A stretch of DNA of 62,643 bases, filler included, from Chiloscyllium plagiosum (lineage: Eukaryota): assembly GCF_004010195.1 (NCBI RefSeq). It is 5 parts of one record of this genome, joined end to end, with 100 filler letters (N's around TTAATTAATTAA, not from the genome) between each part and the next. Parts side by side here need not be neighbours in the genome. Positions count along the whole stretch, not along the records: positions 37,484 to 49,095 come from NC_057710.1; positions 49,196 to 57,280 come from NC_057710.1; 3 more parts are not named here. One strand, given 5' to 3'. Each line of letters opens with the position of its first letter. Position 1 is the stretch's first letter. The position numbers and the translations under genes were made by a program. Below are positions 37,484-50,337 of this stretch, piece after piece. The notes under the pieces are model-generated. The model saw nothing but the letters and a program-made list of their open reading frames with translations. It had not been told where the DNA came from and made no database searches.

Positions 37484-37745
37484 GATGAAGAGTGACCCCG
37501 GTTTGATGAAGAGTAACCCCGGTTTGATGAAGAGTAACCCTGGTTTGATGAAGAGTGACCCCAGTTTGATGAAGACTGACCCCGGTTTGATGAAGAGTGA
37601 CCCCGGTTTGATGAAGAGTAACCCCGGTTTGATGATGAGTGACCCCGGTTTGATGAAGACTGACCCCGGTTTGATGAAGAGTGACCCCAGTTTGATGAAG
37701 TCTGACCCCGGTCTGATGAAGAGTGACCCCGATTTGATGAAGTCA
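37484..37745. repeat. 21-bp minisatellite, ~12 copies
   Basis: (GATGAAGAGTGACCCCGGTTT)n. Confidence 0.95.
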
Positions 37746-38189
37746 AAGTTTACAAGATATTAGGCGATCATTTCTGTTGCTTCAAGAGTCTCAGGCCAGG
37801 CAGCAGAGGGAAAATATCTGAGCCACACCATTAAAAGTGAAATTAAGAAACATATCTTCACTCAACAGCAATTAATGTTCAATCAAGTGGGAACTTAAGG
37901 AATAGATTTTAATTGTCCGCAGATATTACGATACAAGTGGGGAAAGCGGGTCTGTAGGGGAGGTGAATCTCGGATTCCTGCCTGTATTTCGGAGTAGATT
38001 GCGACTGGTACAGTATTGAGAGTCCACCAATGTCTACTCTTGCTTATGGGAGTATTGTGGAAATGTCACTGGGACCAGGTTCCAAGGAGATCCAGGCTAA
38101 TGCTGTGGAGCTTTGAGTTCACGGGAGATCAGCAGGATTTGTAAGTGCGGGGTCAGAGGAAAAAAAGACAAGTTATGGAGAGAAACTTC

Positions 38190-39030
38190 AAAATGCTTTG
38201 GTGTGCAGCGATGTGGGTTTTAGTAAACTGGGGTGCCAGTCCAGCAGGAAATATGGAGGGTAAACAGAATCCTGGCATTAATTGCTAAAGGAATGGAGTA
38301 TAAAAATGGAGTGTTGCTGCTCCTATACAAGACATCAGTGAGACTGCATCTGGAGTATCCCATTCCAGTATTGTCCATTTGAGGAATCGTGTAATTGGGC
38401 TGGAAGCAGTTCAGGGAGGATTCACCAGATTGATTCCAGAGATGGAGAGTTTGTGTCCTGAGGAGAGATTAAGCAGTTAGGCCCATACTCTCTGGAGTCG
38501 ATAGGAAGGAGAGGAGATCTCATTGAGGTCTATAAGACGCTAAAGGGGATGGACAAAGTAGATGTAGAAAGGACCTTTCCCCTTGTGGGGCAATCTGGAA
38601 TGTGAGGTCATTGTTTTAGGATGGGTGGGTAGCAGATTTAAAAACAAACTTGAGGAGGAATTGTTTCTCTCAAAGGGTTATGAATCTGTGGAATTTATTC
38701 TCCCAGAGTGTGCTGGATGCTGGGACAAGATTAGAGTGGTGCTGGAAAAGCACAGCAGGCAGCATCCGAGGAGCAGGAAAATCAACATTTCGGGCAGGAG
38801 CCATTCATCAGGAATGTGCTTTTCCAGCACCACTCTAATCTTGACTCAGATCTCCAGCATCTGCAGTACCCACTTTCACCTGAATGCTGGGACACAAGGA
38901 GAGGACAGACAGAGTAATTAGCAATGGAGTGAAGGGTTATGGGGAGCGAGCAGGGATGTGGAGTTGATGCCGAGATGAGATCAGCCATGATAGTATTAAA
39001 TGTCGGAGAAGGCTGAAGGGGCTGAAGGGC
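38190..39030 (+). mobile_element. Old CR1 3' end with nested family A cassette (~38728-38882)
   Basis: RRNCFSQRVMNLWN; atgctgggaca on both sides of the insert. Confidence 0.75.
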
Positions 39031-39359
39031 CTGCTCCCAGCTCTGATATCCTGAAATTCAACGAATCAAATCTGGAAGTGGACGCTAATCTCAATGGAAC
39101 GACCATCGATTGGATATAAAAACCCATGCACACACTGATGTCACCTCCAGCAGGAACTCTGACAGCCCAAGAGCATGTTGTTTTACTGAGAGCTGCACAG
39201 GTGGGAAATATTCCCCAGGATATTCACGGGAAAAGTTACAGTTGATAATGTACGCCAGTAACTTGCGGGACTTTATAACATCTCTCACAAGAGGGGCGGG
39301 TCACAGGCTTGGCCAGTTTTGCTGTGGGTCTGGAGTCACATGGTGGCCAGACCAGGGCA

Positions 39360-40326
39360 GACATGCTGTCCCTGTCCTGAGAGTGTTTGATGGGGACAGT
39401 GTAGAGGAAGCTTTACTTTGTATCTAACCCCATGCTGTCCCTGTCCTGAGAGTGTTTGATGGGGGTAGTGTAGAGGAATCTTTACTCTGTATCTAACCCC
39501 GTGCTGTCCCTGTCCTGGGAGTGTTTGATGGGGGACAGTGTAGAGGGAGCTTTACTCTGTATCTAACCCCGTGCTGTCCCTGTCCTGGGAGGGTTTGAGG
39601 GGACAGTGTAGAACCCCATGCTGTCCCTGTCCTGGGAGGGTTTGAGGGGACAGTGAAGAGGGAGCTTTACTCTGTATCTAACCCCATGCTATCCCTGTCC
39701 TGGGAGGGTTTGAGGGGACAGTGTAGAGGGAACTTTACTCTGTATCCAACCCCATGCTGTCCATGTCCTGGGAGGGTTTGAGGGGACAGTGTAGAGGGAG
39801 CTTTACTCTATATCTAATCCCGTGCTGTCCCTGTCCTGGGAGGGTTTGAGGGGACATTGTAGAGGGAGCTTTACTCTGTATCTAACCCCGTGCTGTCCCT
39901 GTCCTGGGAGGGTTTGAGGGGACAGTGTAGAGGGAGCTTTACTCCGTATCTAACCCCATGCTGTCCCTGTTCCGGGATAGTGTTTGATGGGGGACAGTGT
40001 AGAGGGAGCTTTACTCTGTATCTAACCCCGTGCTGTCCCTGTCCTGGGAGTGTTTGATTGGAACAGTGTAGAGGGAGCTTTACTCTGTATCTAACCCCGT
40101 GCTGTCCGCTGTCCTGGGAGTGTTTGATGGGGGAACAGTGTAGAGGGAGCTTTACTCTGTATCTAACCCCATCCTGTCCCTGTCCTGGGAATGTTTGATG
40201 GGGCACAGTGTAGAGAGAGCTTTACTCTGTATCTAACCCCGTGCTGTCCCCTGTCCTGGGAGTGTTTGATGGGGGACAGTGTAGAGAGAGCTTTACTCTG
40301 TATCTAACCCCGTGCTGTCCCTGTCC
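39360..40326. repeat. ~68-71-bp minisatellite, ~14 copies, runs into a gap
   Basis: gtgctgtccctgtcctgggagtgtttgatggggacagtgtagagggagctttactctgtatctaacccc. Confidence 0.95.
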
Positions 40327-40950
40327 NNNNNNNNNNNNNNNNNNNNNNNNNNNNNNNNNNNNNNNNNNNNNNNNNNNNNNNNNNNNNNNNNNNNNNNNNN
40401 NNNNNNNNNNNNNNNNNNNNNNNNNNNNNNNNNNNNNNNNNNNNNNNNNNNNNNNNNNNNNNNNNNNNNNNNNNNNNNNNNNNNNNNNNNNNNNNNNNNN
40501 NNNNNNNNNNNNNNNNNNNNNNNNNNNNNNNNNNNNNNNNNNNNNNNNNNNNNNNNNNNNNNNNNNNNNNNNNNNNNNNNNNNNNNNNNNNNNNNNNNNN
40601 NNNNNNNNNNNNNNNNNNNNNNNNNNNNNNNNNNNNNNNNNNNNNNNNNNNNNNNNNNNNNNNNNNNNNNNNNNNNNNNNNNNNNNNNNNNNNNNNNNNN
40701 NNNNNNNNNNNNNNNNNNNNNNNNNNNNNNNNNNNNNNNNNNNNNNNNNNNNNNNNNNNNNNNNNNNNNNNNNNNNNNNNNNNNNNNNNNNNNNNNNNNN
40801 NNNNNNNNNNNNNNNNNNNNNNNNNNNNNNNNNNNNNNNNNNNNNNNNNNNNNNNNNNNNNNNNNNNNNNNNNNNNNNNNNNNNNNNNNNNNNNNNNNNN
40901 NNNNNNNNNNNNNNNNNNNNNNNNNNNNNNNNNNNNNNNNNNNNNNNNNN

Positions 40951-41170
40951 CAGAGGGTGGTACGTGTATGGAATGAGCTGCCAGAGGATGTGGTGGAGGC
41001 TGGTACAATTGCAACATTTTAAAGGCACCTGGATGGGTATATGAATAGGAAGGGTTTGGAGAGATATGGGCCGGGTGCTGGCAAATGGGACTAGATTAGT
41101 TTCGGATATCTGGTCGGCATGGACGAGTTGGACCGAAGGGTCTGTTTCCATTCTGTACATCTCTGTGACT
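40951..41170 (+). mobile_element. CR1 3' end
   Basis: QRVVRVWNELPEDVVEAGTI plus UTR. Confidence 0.9.
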
Positions 41171-41486
41171 CAATGAGAATTCCTGAACTGGCCGTGGTAG
41201 AGTAACTTAAATTGGGGATATTCCAGAGGCCAGGATCACAGCAGCAAAGGTGTCTAAAGGTGTGTGAGGCTGAAGGAAGCCATGGATAAAAGATAACATC
41301 CTGATATTACTACACTCTGTCCCTGCATCTCAGCCTCGGCTTTGTGTCCAAGCCCCTCCATGTGCAGAGGCCAGAGAGTGACCCACAGCTCATGCCGTTC
41401 AAGGTTTCAGGAGGAGATTAGGAAGCAGGGCACATTTTCTTTCATGTTGGGCAGATCAAAGAGGGCAGAGTGTGACCCACAGTGTT

Positions 41487-41822
41487 TAGATTAGATTCCC
41501 TACAGTGTGGAAACAGGCCCTTCGGCCCAACCAGTCCACACCAACCCTCCGAAGAGAAACCCACCCAGACCCATTTCCCTCTGACTAATGCATCTAACAC
41601 TACGGGCGATTTAGCTTGGGCGATTCACCTGACCTGCACATCTTTGACCTGACCTGCACATCTTTGTGACTGTGGGAGGAAACCGGAGTACCCAGAGGAA
41701 ACCCACACTGACACGGGGAGAATGTGCAAACTCCACACAGACAGTCGCCCGAGGCTGGAATCGAACCTGGGACCCTGGTGCTGTGAGGCAGCAGTGCTAA
41801 CCGCTGAGCCACCGTGCTGCCC
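41487..41822 (-). mobile_element. HE1 SINE
   Basis: Complete head, V-domain and tail; small internal duplication tgacctgcacatctttg. Confidence 0.9.
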
Positions 41823-42006
41823 AATACAGGATTTTGTTTCACAACAGTGATGAAATAACACCCTCGCTGAGCGCTCGACATTCCAGCTGGGGAGCGAACA
41901 CGATCATGACAGCACAGACCAGAAAGCAAACTCACAATTTTGGTTGTTTTGAACTTAAGTACAGGGCACTTAAACACACAGCAGTGTTACACTTGATCCG
42001 CAGAAA

Positions 42007-42083
42007 TGGCAGTGGGGGGATTCGAACCCACCTTAGAGACTGGAACGTGGATCTAGTGCCTTAGACTGCTCGGCCACACCACC
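42007..42083 (-). pseudogene. tRNA-Leu-derived pseudogene
   Basis: ggtggtgtggccgagcagtctaaggcactagatccacgttccagtctctaaggtgggttcgaatccccccactgcca aligns with vertebrate tRNA-Leu(AAG/TAG); anticodon arm and variable arm damaged. Confidence 0.8.
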
Positions 42084-42234
42084 AGCCAGCCAGTTGGAAA
42101 GGAACAATAAATAGTCAGCACATGTAGGAAGGAGAGACACTTCACTGAGCTCTCCCTGTCCTGGGAGGGATTGAGGGGCACAGTGGAGAGAGATTTTACT
42201 CTGTCTCTAACCCCATGCTCTCCTTGTGGTGGGC

Positions 42235-43092
42235 ATGCACACACGCACGCACACGCCGCACACCGGCACATACACATACACACACACGCTCTCTCACATA
42301 CACACACACACCTACACACACACTCTCACACATTCACACACTCTCTCACACACACACACACTCTCTTACACACACACACACTCTCTCACACACACACACT
42401 CTCTCACACCTACACACACACTCTCACACATTCACACACTCTCTCACACACACACACACTCTCTTACACACACACACACTCTCTCACACACACACACTCT
42501 CTCACACCTACACACACACTCTCACACATTCACACACTCTCTCACACACACACACACTCTCTTACACACACACACACTCTCTCACACACACACACTCTCT
42601 CACACCTACACACACACTCTCACACATTCACACACTCTCTCACACACACACACACTCTCTTACACACACACACACTCTCTCACACACACACACTCTCTCA
42701 CACCTACACACACACTCTCACACATTCACACACTCTCTCACACACACACACACTCTCTTACACACACACACACTCTCTCACACACACACACTCTCTCACA
42801 CCTACACACACACTCTCACACATTCACACACTCTCTCACACACACACACACTCTCTTACACACACACACACTCTCTCACACACACACACTCNNNNNNNNN
42901 NNNNNNNNNNNNNNNNNNNNNNNNNNNNNNNNNNNNNNNNNNNNNNNNNNNNNNNNNNNNNNNNNNNNNNNNNNNNNNNNNACACACACACACTCTCACA
43001 CACACACTCACACACACACTCTCTCACACACACATATACACACACACTCGCTCACACACACATATACACACACACTCTCTCACACACACACA
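42235..43092. repeat. CA/CT microsatellite with a 98-bp higher-order period (~6 copies)
   Basis: Marker ccta at 42311, 42409, 42507, 42605, 42703, 42801. Confidence 0.95.
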
Positions 43093-43405
43093 GAAATGCA
43101 GTGCTGATTATTTTCTCGTGTTGAATTTTAAACGGATGAGGTGAATGTCCCTATCCGGGGAAGTTACCCTCAGCAGCCAAATTAATCCAAGTTATGGTCT
43201 GGCTCATTTGTGCAGCCAGCCTGCTAACAATTCCCAGTGAGACATACTCTGTGTGAGTGATCCCTACTCACTCCGAAGTGAACAGTCACTCACTGCTGCC
43301 TCCACACTGCACCCCACCTCCCCCCCCCCCCCGCCCCCGGCCCCATGGGGGGCAACTTCCTGGAAAGGTGGTCACTCTCAAGGGAGGCGCTATTTCTCAG
43401 ATCAG

Positions 43406-43501
43406 ATTAAAGTGGTGCTGGAAAAGCACAGCAGGTCAGGCAGTATCCGAGGAGCAGGAGAATCAATGTTTCGGGCAAAAGCCCTTCATTAGGCATAGAG
43501 G
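43406..43501 (-). mobile_element. PLE family A mini-insertion, 14-bp TSD
   Basis: atttctcagatcag at 43392 and 43502. Confidence 0.85.
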
Positions 43502-43604
43502 ATTTCTCAGATCAGCAGAGAAATGGAAGCTCTGTCCTGCCATTGATAGCCTGATGTACGATAGGAGGAGGCCGTTCAGCCCCATTGTGATCAAGCTGGC
43601 TCTT

Positions 43605-44735
43605 AGAATCCCTATAGTGTGGAAACAGGCCATTTGGCCCAATAGGTCCACACCAACCCTCCACAGGGTAGCCCACCCAGAGCCATTCCCCTACCTTATT
43701 ACTCTACACTTGCACCTCACCTACACAGCCCTGAACACTACGGGCAATTTAGCCTGGCCAATCCACCGAACCTGCACATCTTTGGACTGTGGGAGGAAAC
43801 CCGCAGGGAGAACCACAAACTCCACACAGACAATCGGCCGAGGCAGGGATTGAACCCAGCTCTCTGGCACTGTGAGGCAGTAGTGCTAACCACTGAGCCA
43901 CCATACCACTCCTTTCACATTCCAATGGCCCACGCTCACATTGAAACAGACGTTTTTTTTTGCTTTTTTGGATGGGGGTATCACTGGCCAGACTAGCAGT
44001 TAAGAGTCACCCACATCGCTGTGGGTCTGGAGTTTCATGTGTGGGCCAGACCAGGTAGGGATGGTAGTTTCCCTCCTGAAAGGGGCGGCACGGTGGCTCA
44101 GTGGTTAGCACTGTTGCCTCACAGCGCCAGAGACCCGGGTTCAGTGTGGAGTTTGCACATTCTCTCCGTGTCTGCGTGGGTTTCCTCCGGGTGCTCCGGT
44201 TTCCTCCCACAGTCCAAAGATGTGCGGGTCAGGTGAATTGGCCATGCTAAATTGCCCATAGTGTTAGGTAAGGGGTAAAGGTAGGGGTATGGGTCTGGGT
44301 GGATTACTATTCAGAGGATTGGTGTGGACTTGTTGGACCGAAGGGCCTGTTCCCACACTGTAGGGAATATAATCTAATGGAGGGACTGCACACAAACAGG
44401 GTGGGCGCTAGGGGGTGATGCTCTGTAGGGAAGGGAAGATCATAGAATTCCTACAATGTGGAAGCAGACCATTCAGCCCATCCGGTCCACGCTGGCCCTC
44501 CTAAGGACATCCCATTCCACCTACCACCACCACCTCTCACCCCTCTTTGTAACCCTGCATTTCCCATGGCCAATCCACCCGAACCTGCACATCCCTGGTT
44601 GCTATGGGCAATTTAGTATGGCCAATCCACCCTAACCTGCACATCCCTGGTTGCTATGGGCAATTTACTACAGCCAATCCACCCTAACCTGCACATCCCT
44701 GGTTGCTATGGGCAACTTAGTATGGCCAATCCACA
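43605..44735. mobile_element. HE1 SINE cluster (43605-43905 -, 44082-44375 +, 44440-44735 - with a ~53-bp unit repeated three times)
   Basis: HE1 head/V-domain/tail motifs; repeated ccaatccaccctaacctgcacatccctggttgctatgggcaa. Confidence 0.85.
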
Positions 44736-45060
44736 GATGGTGGTATACTGTTGAATGTCACTGGATGGTCACTCAGAGGCCAAGGCTCATGTTCTGGATG
44801 TGTCGGTTCAAATCCCAACAATGGACTCTCGCTAAAATTCATCTCAGTTCATAAACTGGAATTGACAGCTAATGGTGGCCATGAAAAGTTGTCACAAAAA
44901 CCTGTCTGTTCCACTTGTGGTTTTTCGGGAAGGAAACTGCCATCTTTGCCTGGTCTGGCCTACACGTGACTCCAGACCCACAGCAACATGGCTGACTCTT
45001 AACTGCCCTGTGAAATGGCCGAGCAGGCTGATCAGTTCAAGGGCAGTTAGGGGTGGGTAA
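44735..45060 (+). mobile_element. tRNA-type SINE family 2
   Basis: B box ggttcaaatccc; body ggtctggcctacacgtgactccagacccacagc; other copies near 21640, 46480, 48060, 55040, 56550. Confidence 0.75.
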
Positions 45061-46789
45061 GAAAGGTTGCCTTTGCAGGAGATTATACCCCATCCAAGAG
45101 CAAAAGGAAAACTATCCACAAAAGGTAGGCTTCATTGCAACTTCCCAACTGGTGACTGAGTTCACTGTCTCCAAAGCCTGCTCCCACCACCCTCCCCCAC
45201 CCCACCCCAATCATTCTCAAACACTCTCAGTCTCTCAAACAATCCAATGTCACTTATTGACACTCATAGAGTCATTGAGTCGTGCAGCATGAAAACAGAC
45301 CCTTTGGTCCGACCAGTCCATGCTGAACAGCCTATCCAGTCTTTCTTTATAACTCAAATCCTCCACACCCGGCAACATCCTGGTAAATCTCTTCGGAACC
45401 CTCTCCAGTTTAATAATATCCTTCCTATAACTGGGTGACCAGAACTGGACACAGTATTCCAGAAGAGGCCTCAATATTCTTTACAACCTCAACGTGACTT
45501 TGCTCTTCTATTTATTTCTAGAGCAATCCTGCCCTCTGGTGTTCATACATGGTTGTTGCAGGAATATTTTGACATGCTAACTCCTCAGTCTCTCTGCAAC
45601 AGAGCTGCCCTCTTCTTCAATCGTGTTGTTGTTCCCTGTTTTAGTGAGTCTTGGGATATGGAAACAAATATTCAAACACTCCCAGGACAGGGACAGCACG
45701 GGGTTAGATACAGAGTAAAGCTCCCTCTATACTGTCCTCAGCAAACACTCCCAGGACCAGGCCAACACGGCCGTCTGGCCCCACGAGCCTGCTGCACTAT
45801 TCAATAAGATCATGGGAGATCTTTTCATGGACTCAGCTCCACTGACCCACCCTCTCACCGTAACATTTAATTCTTTCATCGTTCTATCTTAGCTTTAAAA
45901 ACATTTACCGAAATAGTGTCAACCACTTCACGGGGCAGGAACTCCATCGATCCATAGAAGACGTTCCTTCTTAATTCAGTCCAAAATCGGCTCTCCCTAA
46001 TTTTGAGATTATGCCCTCTTGTCCTAGTCACATTCTTTGGAAGTCGATAGTATATGGGATGCAGGAATTTATGAAGAGATTCCAGATTTCAGATATCAGC
46101 AACAATCTGTACATGACAATGTTTGAACAGTAATACAACCAACAATACATCTCCGTCCAGCGTTAAATGTGTTAAACAGGGCTACTCTGCGGGGAGTGAA
46201 TAACTGACAGAGCATATTAAACGGCAAATTGAATCAAGGCAGATTGCAGAGATTTTCTGGAGCCAGGAAACTGCGATCCAAAACTGACTCAACTACCCAC
46301 TCACTCTCGGCTCTTCCCCAACAGTTAGTCTTACCGAGACCATCCTGCTCCTCGGTTTCATCACCCTCCCCCAATCTCCAACTCTTGCTCTGTTACATCA
46401 AGAGGATGGCGGCGATGATCCAAATCCAACTCTCTCCACTGCAGTGAAAGTCTAAGACTAATAAGGTGTTTTTTTGTAAAGTTCATGGGACCTGGGCATC
46501 ACTGGCTAAGACAGCATTTCTTGCCCATCGCTAATTGCCCAGATGCCGTCAGCATCATCTGCTCTGAACTTGGAGTCATGCGTAGATCAGACCAGGTACG
46601 GGCGGCAGATTTCCTTCTCTAAAGGACAATAGTGAACCCAATGGGTGTTTGCAAAGATCAATAATGGCAACACCAGACCATCTTCATTTTTAATTCTTGT
46701 TGAATTCAGGCTTCCAATGGGTGGATGGTTTTCAAGGTATGTCAACCCTCTAGTTCTCATTGAATCCTGTCTCTGACGGGCTGCATAGG

Positions 46790-47015
46790 GACGAGAGTGT
46801 GGTGCTGGAAAAGCACAGCAGGTCAGGCAGCATCCGAGGAGCAGGAGAATCAAGGTTTCAGACAAAAGCCCCTTCATCAGGAATGAGCCCCCGATGAAGG
46901 GCTCCGGCTTGAAACGTCGATTCTATTGTTCCTCAGATGCTGCCTGACCTGCTGTGCTTGTCCAGCACCACACCCTCGACTCCGATCTCCAGCATCTGCA
47001 GTCCTCACTTTCTCT
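46790..47015. mobile_element. PLE family A inverted cassette, 12-bp TSD
   Basis: gggctgcatagg at 46778 and 47016; opposed degenerate cores. Confidence 0.9.
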
Positions 47016-47729
47016 GGGCTGCATAGGCTGTGCTCCCTCAACAGCATGTTTGTTAAGCTCCTCTGTACCCCCAACATTCTTTTAGAGGTGCAGAACACCT
47101 TCCACACCCACTGCCAATCCATCCAGAAAGACAAGGGCAGCAGATACATGGGAACACCACCCCCCTGCAAGTTCCCCTCCAAGCCACTCACCATCCTGAC
47201 TTGGAAATATCTTGCTATTCCTTCGCTGTCGCTGGGTCAAGATCTTGGAATTCCCTCCCCTCAGGGCATTGTGGGTATCCCTAAACTCCACAGCTTGCAA
47301 GAAGGTTCAGGAAGGCAGCTCACCACCATGTTCTCCAGGGTAACTAGGGATGGGCAATGAATATCAGTCAGCCAGCAATGCCCATATTGCAGTAATGATC
47401 CACACCAATGTGCTGCCAGTCTCTGGGATAGGAGACAGCTTTCCCTCTGTCCCTCTGTGTCCCCTCCATGAAGCTGAGCAGGTTTGGCATGAGATCGGAG
47501 GGAAGTGCCTGAACTGATATTTGAACAATCTCCTGGATTGGTTTCAATCCCCCGAGCAAGATGGAATTATCCAGATTTCTATTTATATTCCCATCTTTGT
47601 TCCTTTTCCTTCAGCGTCTCTCTGAGTTTACACAGAGGGCAGAATGCTATGAGGAAATATATGGTCAGGGTGTTTGAGTGTATATCTCTGCACACGCTCT
47701 GCAATCTCTCTGTGGCAGCCTTCAGTTTC

Positions 47730-48045
47730 TCACACACAGACACAGGCACATACACACACACATACGCACTCTCACACACACACACACATATATATGTACT
47801 GACACACCCGCACACAGACAGACTCACACACAGGCAGATACATGCACACACACACAAATACATGCACACACCCACTTGTATACATGCACACACACATGCA
47901 TGCATACACACACATACTTGCGCACACATGCACACTCCTGCATGCACACTCACTCGCACACACACATAAGCACACACATACATACACACAAACACACTCT
48001 CACATGCACACACACAAACATACACACACACACACTAACACACAA
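47730..48045. repeat. Imperfect (CA)n microsatellite
   Basis: Directly visible. Confidence 0.9.
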
Positions 48046-49194
48046 ATGGGAGATATCGGTGCAGGGGTAATGTGACAGAGGAAACTGGCACAATTTAAAG
48101 ACTACTAATAATTCTGGAATTGAAGACTAGACTATATGACTCTCTGACTGTAGTGACTGAGAAACTATCATTAATTGTTGTGAAAACCCATCAGTTTCGC
48201 TGATGCCCTTTCGGGAGGGATTTCTGTCCTTGATGCCGAGTCTCACCTGCACATGACTCCAGACCCAGTCGGATCCTGCAGTGGGTTCTGTACGTCTCCA
48301 TGGTTACCTTCCCAGCTCGGTGAGGTGGGGGGGGCGGGGCGGGGGGAGGGCATGGAGGGGTTTGTTTTGTTTTGGTTACCCTGGGGCCTCCTCCTACAGG
48401 AGCCCAGGACCCCATGTATCTCCAGCCCTGCTCCATCTCGGATAATGGCCCCGGAGGGCTGTCAGTCAATGCCCACTGTCAGAGGAGGCCGCAGGACCCT
48501 CACAGCGTGACCATCCCCAGCTCTCAGAGGCTGCAGCCGGGGAAACGATAGTAGCAGCAGGAAAAGAGTACTTTGTCAGGATTGCAGCGACACTGTCAGA
48601 CAGCGGTGACTGGAGCAGCAGAGAGAGGCTAAAGTCTACCAACAGGGAAAGATGAACTTTAGAAGCTGTTCCCGCTTTAGTAATATCAATTTAATATTAA
48701 TTTATTAAGTACTGTACTGTCTATACGACTTATTCAGTAATTTTATTCTATAATTCAAGATGACGCCAGAACGTGGCAACATATTCTGCTTGTCACTGCA
48801 TTTAGGGACAAGTGACAATATTAAATAAATCTAAATCAGACCCACGCCAAAAATCAGACTCAACTGCCTTCTGAAATGGCCGAACAGTTCATGGGCAATT
48901 CAGGATAAACAGCAAATATTGCCCTTGACAGCTGTTCCCACATCCCATGGAAGAATAAATATTTAAAACCACACACATGCACACTCACACAAACATTTAC
49001 AGTCACTGCCACATACACACACAAACACATACAGACACACACATATACACATATGCACACACTCTCTCTCACACACACACACAGATACACACACANNNNN
49101 NNNNNNNNNNNNNNNNNNNNNNNNNNNNNNNNNNNNNNNTTAATTAATTAANNNNNNNNNNNNNNNNNNNNNNNNNNNNNNNNNNNNNNNNNNN

Positions 49195-50337
49195 NCGGAC
49201 TTCAGCAAGGTATTTGATAAGGTTCCCCATGGTAGGCTCATTCAGAAGGTCAGGAGGAATGGGATACAGGGGAACTTAGCTGTTTGGATACAGAATTGGC
49301 TGGCCAACAGAAGACAGTGAGTGGTAGTAGAAGGAAAATATTCTGCCTGGAAGTCTGTGGTGAGTGGTGTTCCACAGGGCTCCGTCCTTGGGTCTCCATT
49401 GTTTGTCATTTTAATTAATGACTTGGATGAGGGGATTGAAGGATGGTTCAGCAAGTTTGCAGATGACACAAAGGTTGGAGGTGTCATTGACAGTATAGAG
49501 GCTGCAGCGGGACATTGACAGGATACAGAGATGGGCTGAGAGGTGGCAGATGAAGTTCAGCCTGGATAAATGCGAGGTGATGCATTTTGGAAGGTCAAAT
49601 TTGAAAGCTGAGTACAGGATTAAGGATAGGATTCTTGGCAGTGTGGAGGAACAGAGGGATCTTGGTGTGCAGGTACATAGATCCCTTAAAATGGCCACCC
49701 AAGTGGACAGGGTTGTTAAGAAAGCATATGGTGTTTTGGCTTTCATTAACAGGGGGATTGAGTTTAAGAGTCGTGAGATCTTGTTGCAGCTCTATAAAAT
49801 TTTGGTTAGACCGCACTTGGAATACTGCGTCCAGTTCTGGTCGCCCTATTATAAGAAAGATGTGGATGCTTTGGAGAGGGTTCAGAGGAGGTTTACCAGG
49901 AAGTTGCCTGGACTGGAGGGCTTATCTTATGAAGAGAGGTTGACTGAGCTTGGACTTTTTTCATTGGAGAAAAGGAGGAGGAGAGGGGACCTAATTGGTC
50001 TATCCAAGATAATGAGAGGCATAGGTAGAGTCGATAGCCAGAGACTATTTCCCAGGGCAGAAATGACTAACACGAGGGGTCATAGTTTTAAGCTGGTTGG
50101 AGGAAAGTATAGAGGGGATGTCAGAGGCAGGTTCTTTACACAGAGAGTTGTGAGTGCATGGAATGCCTTGCCAGCAGCAGTTGTGGAGGCAGGGTCATTG
50201 GGGACATTTAAGAGACTCCTGGACATGCATCTGGTCACAGAAATATGAGGGTGCGTACATGAGGATCAGTGGTTGGCACAACATTGTGGGCTGAAGGGCC
50301 TGTTCTGTGCTGTACTGTTCTATGTTCTATGTTCTAT
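49195..50337 (+). mobile_element. CR1 LINE RT to 3' end with (GTTCTAT)n tail; 232-aa open stretch
   Basis: [54 protein letters not shown]. Confidence 0.95.

Noticed and set aside
39360..40326. CRISPR-like appearance of regular repeats (also 37484-37745)
   Set aside because: Units are head-to-tail with no unique spacers, there are no cas genes, and the DNA is vertebrate
49550..50248. 232-aa ORF as a host gene
   Set aside because: It is the CR1 ORF2 C-terminus; the upstream part has a stop and a frameshift
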